Positions 1-8,779 of a DNA stretch of 24,174 bases are shown in pieces. Both the position numbers and the translations under genes were made by a program. The DNA comes from a virus. Taxonomy: Duplodnaviria > Caudoviricetes. Location of the stretch: the IMG/VR virus record IMGVR_UViG_3300025635_000149, positions 1-24,174 of that record. One strand, given 5' to 3'. The notes beneath the pieces were generated by a model. The model was not told where the DNA came from and did not search any database. It saw nothing but the letters and a program-made list of their open reading frames with translations. Numbering within the stretch: position 1 is the first letter of the stretch; each line of letters begins with the position of its first letter.

Positions 1-782
1 GTGGTTGTCGGGATATAGGACGACGCGAACGAGCCAGCCTCTAACTGCATACCCCACATATATTGCGCATCATCGCCTGAGACGAACGTATCGTTATCGG
101 CATTGGCAAGACGGTATTCAACCCTGCCTGCGGTATCAGTTGGGTCGGTCGTAAAGAGCAACCCCGCGCGCGTCCAGCCGCTGTTGTGCGCATTGACGAA
201 ACCGGAATATCCGGCCCCACTGTCCACCGTGCCGACTGACGGGGTGGTAAGATCGAGCGTCCCGCCGCCGTTTGAAGGCGTTGTAAAGAGCGAGCATCTT
301 ATATCGTGCCACGCGCAATTGTTTGAGTCCTTCGCGTAGATACTGACGGCATAGGGCGTCGATGTCGCTACCGTTGCGTCGCGGTTGATGCCTACTGAGG
401 CGCTGGAGAATGAACAGGTCACTAGGTCCGCGTTTGTCCCACCATCGGGCGAAGCCGCCGCGTCATTCGTGATCGTGGCCGTTCCGAACTTGGTCCAATA
501 GGCATTGTTTGGATCGGCGGAATACTGAAACAGGTTGGTCCGCTCGCCTTCGATCAGGACGCCCAGCGCCGCAAGGGTGGCGGGGTTGTAATCGAAGCGC
601 GGGGCCGTATCGGCTGCGATATTGCCCGACGAATTGACTGCCGTTCCGTTCGCGCCGCCCGATGCCGTTATAGCGGAGTCGAGCGATCCCGTGGTGAAGT
701 CGAAGGCAAAGCTCGGAGCGGACGCGCCCGCCACCAGCGCGGCAATGGGCACCCCCGTTCGCCAGCGAGCACCTAGCCTCAC
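1..782 (-). CDS. Putative head-spike/fibre protein, 3' end truncated by the window edge
   Basis: Not in the ORF track; translated by hand. The GTG at 782 overlaps the upstream TGA (GTGA) and the frame stays open to position 1: MRLGARWRTGVPIAALVAGASAPSFAFDF...APRFDYNPATLAALGVLIEGERTNLFQYS...YVWGMQLEAGSFASSYIPTT. The PRFDY..GxLIE..RTNL and WGxQLExG..SYIPT motifs are typical of phage spike/fibre lectin-like domains. Confidence 0.8.
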   Translation of the reverse strand, partial: MRLGARWRTGVPIAALVAGASAPSFAFDFTTGSLDSAITASGGANGTAVNSSGNIAADTAPRFDYNPATLAALGVLIEGERTNLFQYSADPNNAYWTKFGTATITNDAAASPDGGTNADLVTCSFSSASVGINRDATVATSTPYAVSIYAKDSNNCAWHDIRCSLFTTPSNGGGTLDLTTPSVGTVDSGAGYSGFVNAHNSGWTRAGLLFTTDPTDTAGRVEYRLANADNDTFVSGDDAQYMWGMQLEAGSFASSYIPTT

Positions 783-1201
783 GCCGAGAACTCACCCGTT
801 GCGATGGCCGAGACATTGGCCCCGGTCGTCACCTTCCAAGCGCCCGATACCGACTTGGCATAAATCGGGACCGAAAAGGACACTAGGCTGGAAATGCTTG
901 AAGCGCCGCCCGTAAAAACGGTGATGGCAGAACCGCCGCCATCCTTGATCGAAACAGCGCCAGGGGAGGTTGTGGCAGGGACAATCAGCAAAGCGGCAAG
1001 AAAGTCGCCTGCTGCGCCCGTGCCGCCCATGACCTGATCGGTTTGCGATGCCGCTACCGTTTCATAATCGGTCCCGGCAATGAAGCCTTCGCCGTTGGCA
1101 TCGGTCGCAATGACAATTTGCCGCCCGTTAACGTCGCAGGAGGGGAGGCTCCTGTCGCCATCGTAAAGCGATTTTGCTGTGGACCTGTATTGGACAGTCA
1201 T
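779..1201 (-). CDS. Small beta-rich virion protein (possible spike base or fibre-associated protein)
   Basis: 140-aa Gly/Ala/Thr/Ser-rich ORF (DYETVAASQTDQVMG...GAWKVTTGANVSAIATG) coupled to the downstream fibre gene. Function is inferred from position. Confidence 0.65.
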   Translation of the reverse strand: MTVQYRSTAKSLYDGDRSLPSCDVNGRQIVIATDANGEGFIAGTDYETVAASQTDQVMGGTGAAGDFLAALLIVPATTSPGAVSIKDGGGSAITVFTGGASSISSLVSFSVPIYAKSVSGAWKVTTGANVSAIATGEFSA

Positions 1202-1205
1202 TTTA

Positions 1206-3296
1206 TTACTCCGGTTGTTGATTGTCTTTCATTTTCTGGTATTCGGCCTCGCGCCGATCCAATATTCCTTCAATGTTATTGGCGAGAAATGCCATCTCCT
1301 TCTTCATGCCAATTTGAGCGCCGAGCGCATTCAATTTTGCAACTTGCGACCTAACCGCGCTCGCCTTCCCTGCTTTTGTTGCCTTGGCGAACCCTGTGGC
1401 CCATTCTATGAATTTGGGGTTTGTCCAGAGTAAAGCGGCCCTGTAATAACCATATTGCGTCGCAATAACGCCGCCGATTGCCCCAGGCAGGCCCGCAATC
1501 GAAGAACCAACCCAAGCGCCGCCGCCAAGCGTGACGCTGCCACCGACGCCCTGCGCTGTTTTGCTGGTGTTCCGTGTCGCATTAGATGCGGCAACGTCGC
1601 GCATCACATCGGTGAATCGCTCAAGGTTCTGCCTTAGCGCGCTGTTTTCAAAAAGAAGGGACTTCGCGGCTGGCGTCATGTCATCGAAGTTTCTTACAAA
1701 CACGCCCGCGTCAAATGGGCGGCCCGCCGAATTGGATGGTTGCCCCATCAATCTGACAATTCCGTTTTGAACCCGGCCCCATTCATCGGCTGGCATTGAC
1801 TTGCGAATCTCGACCAGCATCTTGATGTCGGCACTAGACTTTCCTTCCTTGGAAAGTCTTTGCATTAACCCGGACACCGCCTCCGACCTTAGCGCATCAT
1901 CTTTACCGAGAATCTTTGTGAAAACCTTTTCGACGCGATCCATGCCGGATTTATATATTCTATCCGCGCGCTGCCATGAGGCAAAGGCCGCTGGTCCCTG
2001 TGCCCTTGCCGCCGCCTCCATATCGGTAGACAAAGCACCGTAGAGCCGTTTTAGCTGGCCCATTCTGGCGGGCTTTTCGCCGATAATTACTGCGTCAGCA
2101 ATTTGTTCTCCAATATCGCTGCGGAATGCCTTGAGGTCTGCCCAGGTTAGATTCCCGCCCTTGGCCACAGTTCGCGTGATCGGATTACCAGCATCATCCA
2201 ACAATCCGGTCGGGACTTGTTCTGTGGTTCCCTTCAGCGCCCTCAAATACTTGGAAAAAACTGGATTCGCCAACATTTCATTAAGCACCGCATTGCTGGG
2301 CGTCACATTGGACAAATCGGAAAGAAGTCTTTGTGTGTTGGTTGTTGAGACGGGTGCGCTTTTGTTGATTTTGACGTTATCAAACAGCTTCTTTGTGACA
2401 CCATTCTCGCCACTGAACCGCTCAAGCCAACTTCGCGCGCCGCGCTGAACCGCCTCGCCCACCCCACGAAAATCAGTGGTCGGCCCAAACTTGTCCGCAG
2501 TTCCCCCTGCCGCCCTGGAGACTTGCGCCGCAGTCTCGGCCCGCTTGGCATCCATAACAGCAGCGGAACCTGGAACCACATCTAAATTACGCTCGATTAA
2601 TTTGGAACCCAGCCCCCGAGCGTCGCCCACGGAAAGATCAATATCAAAGTCTTTCGCGCGCGCGATTTTATCTGCTGGGGTAATCTTGGCCGCAGGGGCG
2701 GGTCCGCTGGGTGCGGGCTTGGGGGTGCTAATCCTTTGGTGGAATTGGGGTGCGGCACGGCGCAAAAGCGCATTCCCGGCGCTCCCGACAGCATAGGCGT
2801 CAAGTCCAGCGCCTACCGGGTCAGTCCTAAAAGTCTCGATTGCAGCCGGGACACTCCCGTAGCGTTCTTTATAGAAGTTACCTGCGGCAGACGCCGCATT
2901 AGCGGCGCGCTGTGTGGCCTCCTCATTCCCCGCTCGGTCTATTACTTCGCGGATCGGCTCAGGCGTTACTGCCCGCAAGGTTCCCGCAGCCACATCCAAG
3001 GCACCCATGCCCGTCTGGATTGGGTGCCGCACGGCTTGATAGATTCCGGTCGCCACATTAGCGGCGCTTTCCGGCAGGTGTGTGACTTGGTCAATGCTAT
3101 ATTGGCCGTATGCCGAAAGCGCGCCGGTAACTGTATCAAACACCTTTTCCGCTGTGGATTTTGGCTTTTTCTTCGGCGTGGCCTTGGCCCGCTCGCGCTT
3201 GATCTCGGCGGCCAGCGCCCTAGCGGCCTCTGCGTCGCCTGCCTTGTCGGCATTGACTAGCGCCCGTTCAAGCTGGGCGAGGCGTTCTTCTGCCAT
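1206..3296 (-). CDS. Large DNA ejection/internal virion protein (P22 gp16-like position)
   Basis: 696-aa Ala-rich helical ORF with N-terminal LERALVNADKAGDAEAARALAAEI motif and a Gly-rich hydrophobic segment near the C-terminus (GGGAWVGSSIAGLPGAIGGVIA). It is the last gene of the ejection cluster. Confidence 0.75.
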   Translation of the reverse strand: MAEERLAQLERALVNADKAGDAEAARALAAEIKRERAKATPKKKPKSTAEKVFDTVTGALSAYGQYSIDQVTHLPESAANVATGIYQAVRHPIQTGMGALDVAAGTLRAVTPEPIREVIDRAGNEEATQRAANAASAAGNFYKERYGSVPAAIETFRTDPVGAGLDAYAVGSAGNALLRRAAPQFHQRISTPKPAPSGPAPAAKITPADKIARAKDFDIDLSVGDARGLGSKLIERNLDVVPGSAAVMDAKRAETAAQVSRAAGGTADKFGPTTDFRGVGEAVQRGARSWLERFSGENGVTKKLFDNVKINKSAPVSTTNTQRLLSDLSNVTPSNAVLNEMLANPVFSKYLRALKGTTEQVPTGLLDDAGNPITRTVAKGGNLTWADLKAFRSDIGEQIADAVIIGEKPARMGQLKRLYGALSTDMEAAARAQGPAAFASWQRADRIYKSGMDRVEKVFTKILGKDDALRSEAVSGLMQRLSKEGKSSADIKMLVEIRKSMPADEWGRVQNGIVRLMGQPSNSAGRPFDAGVFVRNFDDMTPAAKSLLFENSALRQNLERFTDVMRDVAASNATRNTSKTAQGVGGSVTLGGGAWVGSSIAGLPGAIGGVIATQYGYYRAALLWTNPKFIEWATGFAKATKAGKASAVRSQVAKLNALGAQIGMKKEMAFLANNIEGILDRREAEYQKMKDNQQPE

Positions 3297-3297
3297 C

Positions 3298-4059
3298 CTA
3301 GTTCCCGTATTTTTTCAGTAGGGCGTCGATAATTGGCTTCTTTTCGCCAGAGCTAACCGACGCGTCTCCATCGGGATTAAAGCTCGACCATGTGGGCAAC
3401 ACACCATCCCAACCAGCTAAGGTGCCGTTCTCCATAAAGTATTTTGCCGCTGCATCCTTGACCTTTGCGGCTTGTTCGATCTGGTTCAAAAGACGGGTCA
3501 CACGAGCCTTGTTCGTCGCCTCATCCAGCCTTGGATTGTATGCGCGGGCGATAAGACGGTCGCCCTCCTTCTCTGTAAACTGCGCGCCCAAAACGGCCCT
3601 AAGATTACGCTGCACAACTTCTTCGACATTCTCGCGCGCCTTGATTGATCGCGGGTTTACCCATTCATTCACGAACTCGGGCAGATTGCCCACAATCGGA
3701 CCAGTCACATCGTCATGCGTCTCAAGGTCGCCAAGCGTCTCATTTAGTTGGACGCGCATCTTGGAAACATCGGAACGGCCCGCCGACATCCACTCCCAAA
3801 GGTCGCCAGCCGCCTTCTTATCGAACTCCTTTTGCCCCACGGTCAACGCAGGGCCTTCATCCTTTTCGGGCGGAAGTCCGGGGACGCGCGCGGCACTCCT
3901 CCCGTCAGGCATCATTTGATAGCCTTGGGGGAGATCCGGTTGGCGCGGTGCAGCGGGAATGACGCTAGGTGTTTGCCCATCAATCGGCACAACTCGCCCA
4001 TTGACAACGCGCCCTCTTTCCCCCGTAACCCTGTTGCGGACAATTTTTCCCTCGGACAT
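3298..4059 (-). CDS. Putative DNA ejection/internal virion protein
   Basis: 253 aa with N-terminal EGKIVRNRVTGER..VNGRVVP and C-terminal IDALLKKYGN. It lies in the ejection cluster, one nucleotide before the next ATG. Confidence 0.7.
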   Translation of the reverse strand: MSEGKIVRNRVTGERGRVVNGRVVPIDGQTPSVIPAAPRQPDLPQGYQMMPDGRSAARVPGLPPEKDEGPALTVGQKEFDKKAAGDLWEWMSAGRSDVSKMRVQLNETLGDLETHDDVTGPIVGNLPEFVNEWVNPRSIKARENVEEVVQRNLRAVLGAQFTEKEGDRLIARAYNPRLDEATNKARVTRLLNQIEQAAKVKDAAAKYFMENGTLAGWDGVLPTWSSFNPDGDASVSSGEKKPIIDALLKKYGN

Positions 4060-4062
4060 CAG

Positions 4063-4332
4063 CTAACCCCTCGGCTCAATGTGGACATGATTGCCCTCGT
4101 TAATGACTTCGTATTGTGGGTTGAGCGCCTGCAAGCGGTGGGCGTATTCGGCCATGCTCATGCCTGCTGGCGGGATGCTATCGCGCGCCCTTCCTGAAAG
4201 GTGGTAGCTGTTCCTCACGCCGCGAACCGCCGCGTTGCGAGCCTGCGAACGGCGGGTGCTTGTGATTTGTTCGCCAGGTATGCCTTTGACCTCAAAACCC
4301 TCCGGCAGCGTTGCCGCTGCCGTCTCCCGCAT
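4063..4332 (-). CDS. Minimal peptidase M15A-like zinc peptidase domain (possible virion peptidoglycan hydrolase); may be expressed by frameshift
   Basis: ITSTRR..RNAAVRGVRNSYHLSGRARD...NHVHIE carries the H-x6-D and H-x-H zinc ligand pattern of M15 peptidases. It overlaps the upstream ORF by 41 nt and the RBS before ATG 4332 is weak. Confidence 0.75.
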   Translation of the reverse strand: MRETAAATLPEGFEVKGIPGEQITSTRRSQARNAAVRGVRNSYHLSGRARDSIPPAGMSMAEYAHRLQALNPQYEVINEGNHVHIEPRG

Positions 4333-5032
4333 CGTCGTCCAACCACAGGCTCGGGTCGTATGTCCCTAAATCGTCCGTTCCCAGAGGCTTCCCGAATCGC
4401 GTGGGGAAGCTCGGCATGGTGCCTTGCTGCTGGTATTGGATTTGCGCGAAACGCTCCCAAGCTTCCAGCTTACCAGCGACGGCCAGCGCCTTTTTAAGAT
4501 CGAATTGCGGGTTCCCGGTAAGGCCGAGCTTGCTTATGTCCCCCCCCTGCGCCTGCATATCTGCCAGCACTTCCTGGATCGCTGGCCCCTGCTCGGCCTC
4601 GGGCAATGGCAGGATATTAAATGCGTGCTGGGCAAGCACACCATAGGCGTCGTCAACCCGCTTCCTGTCGGCTGCGTCAAGATTCAAATACAGCCCCGTG
4701 TTATAATAAGCCAAGGACGCCCGCGCCTGCTGTGTGGCCGGGTCGCTCGGGTCGCCCGTCAACGCCAGGGTGATTGTTTGCCTCTTGCGTATTTCCTCCT
4801 GCTGCTTTTGCGCCGCTGCCGCCCGGTCCTCCTCCCTGTCCTGCAACTGGATTCCAAGCCTGGGGTCGTGCTGGGTTATGGCTGCCGCCGTTTCGGGCGT
4901 TTGGTTCTTCGCATAGGCGGCAAGGGCGTTTTCCGTCTCATAGGCGCGGCGATCCTCGCGACCTTGCTTGAAGGCCAAGCCCACCCCCATGCCAATTTGG
5001 CCGGGGTCCATTAGTGCGTTAAAATAGCTCAT
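4292..5032 (-). CDS. Putative DNA ejection/internal virion protein (gp20-like position)
   Basis: 246-aa Ala/Gln-rich ORF directly after the gp7-like gene, ending GDGSGNAAGGF. Confidence 0.7.
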   Translation of the reverse strand: MSYFNALMDPGQIGMGVGLAFKQGREDRRAYETENALAAYAKNQTPETAAAITQHDPRLGIQLQDREEDRAAAAQKQQEEIRKRQTITLALTGDPSDPATQQARASLAYYNTGLYLNLDAADRKRVDDAYGVLAQHAFNILPLPEAEQGPAIQEVLADMQAQGGDISKLGLTGNPQFDLKKALAVAGKLEAWERFAQIQYQQQGTMPSFPTRFGKPLGTDDLGTYDPSLWLDDDAGDGSGNAAGGF

Positions 5033-5047
5033 GTGATTCCACCCAAG

Positions 5048-6529
5048 TTAAAGACCGAGCGCCGCGTTCGAAAGGGCAGTCCCCGGTGCGCCGAGGCCGC
5101 CACCTATGCCGCCGCCGGGCGTCAAGGGGTAATAACTCATTCCCGCATAGGGCCGATAAGCAAGGCCGCCCAGCGCGCTTCCGAACGTGCTACCCAATCC
5201 GCCTATCAGGCTGTTGGTATTATTGGCTCTGGCAATCGCGGCATTGGAGAGCGTGTTGCCTACATTATAGGCACCTTGCGAATAGGCGTTCGCAAGGTTG
5301 GTATTCCCTGCGGCGGCATTGTTCGCAAAGTTTCCAGTCGCATTTGTCAATGCCTGTGCGTAATTGTTGTTCAGGCCGGTGAGTGAGTTGGCGTAACCTT
5401 GCCCCACGCCGCCTTGCGCCGATGCCGCGCTAAAGCCCAGGCCCTGCTGGTTGCCCAAGGCCCCAAGGTAATCCCCAAACGCGCCCGATGCCACGCCAGA
5501 GGCGTAGTTAAGCAGGCTCTTTTGCGCCGCGCCGGATTCCAGCAAGCCCCGCGCCGCATAATTGGCATTGATCGCTTGCAAGCCCTGTTCAAGCGGGAAC
5601 TGGTAGAATTGCGTGTTGTAAAAATTGTCGAGCGCGGTCTGTTGCGGGCTAACCGCCGCTGCACCCGTCCCGTTCGGCTCGGTGCCATTGGAACCGCCCG
5701 CGCCTGCGCCGTTGTTCGGGTTGCCGCCGCCCCGCCCGCCCGGCCCTGTCCTGCGCATCGGCCTGTCGCCCCTGTCGCGCCCCAATAGCGCGTTCGGCCT
5801 GTCGATGGGCGTCACTTCCGTTCCGGCGGGGAGATTGCCGAAGGTCGGGCCTGTCGCCAACTGCTGCCCGCCGCCGGGGAACTGTAATATTTCAGGAACG
5901 CGCTCGCCATAAAGCGCCATGCCGCCAGGGTGGCCCTGCGGTGGGGTGCCGTAGGCATAGGCGGGGATGGGGGGCACCTGACCGTAATATTCGGCAAGGC
6001 GCGCCTGCGCGATGGCCGGGGCCGTGTTGTCGAATACGCTCCCGCTGTTGCCTTGGTATGGGTCAATCGGCGGCGTGTATTGCGCGGTGGCCGGGGTGCC
6101 GGGATTGGTAACGGCGGGCGCGGGGTCGCTTGCCGGGTTGCCGACAGGCTGGAACTGGATCGGCGCGGCGGGCTGATAACCGGATGTGTCAAGGCCCAAT
6201 AGCGCGTTGATCTGCGAATTGGCGGCAACGCCCGTCGCCAAATACGGATTATATGCCGCTGAATTGCGGTTGTAGATGTCGGTCTGGAGCTGGCCTGATG
6301 AATTGAACGCGCCCTGCTGGTAGCCTAGCGTTTGGTCGAGCGCGCTCTGCTGCAAGGCAAGGTTCTGCGCGTTCATACGCTCTTGCGCCGCGATGGATTC
6401 ACGGTTGGCTTGCAAGCTCGCGTCGGTTGTCTGGCCGATGGCCTTTTTGTTGCTGTTGGCTGCGGCAACAGTTGCGCCGCCCGCTATCAGCGAGCCGCCA
6501 ATAATGGCGGCGGTTGTCCCAATGGGCAT
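5048..6529 (-). CDS. DNA transfer/ejection protein, P22 gp7-like, with a long central insertion
   Basis: Hydrophobic Gly/Ala N-terminus (IIGGSLIAGGATVAAA), PYLATGVAANSQINALLGL, and the YQF.LEQGLQAINANYAARGLLESGAAQKSLLNY block typical of gp7-like pilot proteins. It follows the GNAT-like gene. Confidence 0.8.
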   Translation of the reverse strand: MPIGTTAAIIGGSLIAGGATVAAANSNKKAIGQTTDASLQANRESIAAQERMNAQNLALQQSALDQTLGYQQGAFNSSGQLQTDIYNRNSAAYNPYLATGVAANSQINALLGLDTSGYQPAAPIQFQPVGNPASDPAPAVTNPGTPATAQYTPPIDPYQGNSGSVFDNTAPAIAQARLAEYYGQVPPIPAYAYGTPPQGHPGGMALYGERVPEILQFPGGGQQLATGPTFGNLPAGTEVTPIDRPNALLGRDRGDRPMRRTGPGGRGGGNPNNGAGAGGSNGTEPNGTGAAAVSPQQTALDNFYNTQFYQFPLEQGLQAINANYAARGLLESGAAQKSLLNYASGVASGAFGDYLGALGNQQGLGFSAASAQGGVGQGYANSLTGLNNNYAQALTNATGNFANNAAAGNTNLANAYSQGAYNVGNTLSNAAIARANNTNSLIGGLGSTFGSALGGLAYRPYAGMSYYPLTPGGGIGGGLGAPGTALSNAALGL

Positions 6530-6532
6530 AGC

Positions 6533-6964
6533 CTACATTTCCTTTGTGTAATTACGGTCGGTTAGGCGATAGCCCCACCGCTCGAACAGGGGGCCGAGGC
6601 GGTCACCATCCAGCCCAATGCTGCTGACGGTCCACGATTGCACCCCAAGGGCCTCCACGGCTTCCTCAAGGGCCTTCAACAAGGCGACACCAAGCCTCCC
6701 CCCGCGTTTGTCGGGTTCGACCCACCAGAATAGCTCCTGTCCCGTCTTGTGGGCGTTGTTGTAAGGCGATGGATGGGCTAGCCCGCCGACACCGCCGCCG
6801 TCTCCGATCAACAAGACCCCATCGGGACTTTCAATCAGGAAGCGAAAGAATTGCTCTGCACTTACTGCATCGAACCCGCCCGGCAACTTGACCGCTTCGG
6901 CAAAATGCTCACCGCACAAAAGCAGGAAGTCCATATCATCCAGGGTTGCGGAGCGGATCGTCAC
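6533..6964 (-). CDS. GNAT-fold N-acetyltransferase-like protein (P22 gp14 position)
   Basis: MTIRSATLDD start, ELFWWVEPDKRGGRLGVALLKALE acetyl-CoA-binding-like motif and LFERWGY near the end. It sits directly before the gp7-like gene. Confidence 0.8.
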   Translation of the reverse strand: MTIRSATLDDMDFLLLCGEHFAEAVKLPGGFDAVSAEQFFRFLIESPDGVLLIGDGGGVGGLAHPSPYNNAHKTGQELFWWVEPDKRGGRLGVALLKALEEAVEALGVQSWTVSSIGLDGDRLGPLFERWGYRLTDRNYTKEM

Positions 6965-6965
6965 G

Positions 6966-8408
6966 CTAAATCCTCTCGTCCCATGTCAGCGAGGTTGTCA
7001 TGTCCGCCGCCGCGCCACTAACCACCTTGGCCGTCACCACAAGCTCATCCCCCGCAACTAGTTCAATTGAGCTGGTTGAAAGGTCAATAGACCGTGCGCC
7101 ACTTGGGCCGGTTGCGAACACGCCCAAAAGGCTGCCGCCCGAAACGGTCGTTCCCGCACTATCATAAATTGCCATGCTTTCGTTTTGATCGACGTAAGTA
7201 TGAACCGTTGTGCCGGAAACAGTCGGGTTCCGGTAAATGTAGAACAGCGCGCCTTTCGTGCTGTCAGTTGCAATTGAGAGAATGCGCGGGTGGATAATTC
7301 CGTTGGCAGCTATGTTATTAAACTCATAACGGGCGCCAACCGTTAAGATCTGCGTTTCAGTAGTCACCGACGTGGCCGTTGCAGCCGCACCGAACGTGCG
7401 TGGTGTGTCAGCATGACCTTGCAGCGCAGCCATGCCGCTACCCCCCGCAACCGTCAGGTTGGTTGTGCTGCCAAGCGACGCCGCGATCCACCCCACCCTA
7501 AGCGAAGGGTTATTGAAATTAGGGCGGCTATATGCGTTCGGCCAGTTGACAACATGGGCAAGAACAAAATCGCGCGTGGTTGGATTGAACACATGGTATT
7601 TCAACGGGCCATAACCGAGAAAGGCATACTCTAACTTGTAAATGTTACCTTTCGTTGGATCGAGCCACGAACAGGCGTTTACGTTCCAGCTTGCCTGTGC
7701 GGTCCAGTTCTCAGTGCAAGCTGCCCCGGCCTTATTCTGCGCGAACGACCCCGCAAGCGTTCCAGTATCCACACTTAGCGAATATGAACCCGATCTCGCA
7801 CCGACCCCCTTGCCTACAAACACCAGCGTTGAACCGATGTGCTGAATATACCAACTGTCAGCAGCACTCCCCGCGTTAAGCCCCTCCTCTAGTTCGTGCG
7901 CCGCCGCGCTGGTCGATGCCTGCGAAGTGACCGCGACATTATAGGCGGTTCCGTTGAGCGTCACGGTTGCCGTTGCTGCGCCGCCACTCGCTGCCGAAAT
8001 GGTCAGGGTCCGCATTTCGATTGAGCCGCCATAGCGGTGCATCACGCCGAAACTGGTTCCGTTGTAACCAAAGAACATCCCATCTTTCGATGAGAAGAAC
8101 CCGCAAGCCTGCATACTGCTGGCAATGCCGGTGGTGAATCGAGCCGTCACCCTTGCTTCGGCACCGACGCCGGGGACGTAAACCAATGGGCGGCGCGACC
8201 ATAGAACACCGTAACCGCCAGAGCTTGTTCCGGTTTGCAGGACGAACTCGGAATTGCTTGCCGTCGCGCTTCCGCCTGTGGCGGTGAACGTCTGCACGTC
8301 CGAGCGCACACCATAAACCGCCTTGATGGAGATTCGAGGCGTCAGCTCAACCGTGAGCTTGTCGCCAAAGCTCGACAAAGGTTCATCACGATGCGGGAAA
8401 TAGCTCAT
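6966..8408 (-). CDS. Putative virion structural protein (beta-rich, lectin/spike-like)
   Basis: Start moved to ATG 8408 (MSYFPHRD; ATGA overlap with the upstream stop), giving 480 aa rich in Thr/Ser/Gly with DPTKGNIYKLEYAFLGYG and NFNNPSL motifs. Function is inferred from composition and context. Confidence 0.65.
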   Translation of the reverse strand: MSYFPHRDEPLSSFGDKLTVELTPRISIKAVYGVRSDVQTFTATGGSATASNSEFVLQTGTSSGGYGVLWSRRPLVYVPGVGAEARVTARFTTGIASSMQACGFFSSKDGMFFGYNGTSFGVMHRYGGSIEMRTLTISAASGGAATATVTLNGTAYNVAVTSQASTSAAAHELEEGLNAGSAADSWYIQHIGSTLVFVGKGVGARSGSYSLSVDTGTLAGSFAQNKAGAACTENWTAQASWNVNACSWLDPTKGNIYKLEYAFLGYGPLKYHVFNPTTRDFVLAHVVNWPNAYSRPNFNNPSLRVGWIAASLGSTTNLTVAGGSGMAALQGHADTPRTFGAAATATSVTTETQILTVGARYEFNNIAANGIIHPRILSIATDSTKGALFYIYRNPTVSGTTVHTYVDQNESMAIYDSAGTTVSGGSLLGVFATGPSGARSIDLSTSSIELVAGDELVVTAKVVSGAAADMTTSLTWDERI

Positions 8409-8779
8409 ATGACGTGCCACTCCTGCCCGCCCGCAACCGAGAGGCAATCATACTGATGATCTAGAACCCAACTGGTTTCGCCATCAATTGTGTCGGCACC
8501 CGATACAGTTACCGAATAGGGCGAACTGTCTATTTTCTTGATCTTGTATTCGCCCGCAGGGGGGCTTGGCAAAGTGACATCGACATCGCCCGCCGAAGCA
8601 TCCACGGGGATAATAGAGTCCCCTGGTTGCACCTTGTAATCCGCTGTCACTACGCCCCCGACGAAGTTGATGACTCCCTCCGTCGCCATGCGGTTCCACT
8701 TGGCGACCAAGGCGAGCGAGGGCCTGCCATCAGGCCCCACCACCTGCTCCTGGCTGGTGATGATATTGGTTGGCCTCAC
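8405..8779 (-). CDS. Tail needle-position protein with a C-terminal phage beta-domain
   Basis: GTGA-coupled to the gp10-like gene. N-terminal VVGPDGRPS..W, and a C-terminal VDASAGDVDVTLP..IKKIDSS..VTV..TIDG..QY..W domain common in phage tail and spike proteins. Confidence 0.65.
   Translation of the reverse strand: MRPTNIITSQEQVVGPDGRPSLALVAKWNRMATEGVINFVGGVVTADYKVQPGDSIIPVDASAGDVDVTLPSPPAGEYKIKKIDSSPYSVTVSGADTIDGETSWVLDHQYDCLSVAGGQEWHVI

Noticed and set aside
4295-4322. Hairpin plus T-run read as an intrinsic terminator
   Set aside because: Five purines separate the stem from only four Ts, and it lies within coding sequence mid-operon. It is kept instead as a possible frameshift element.
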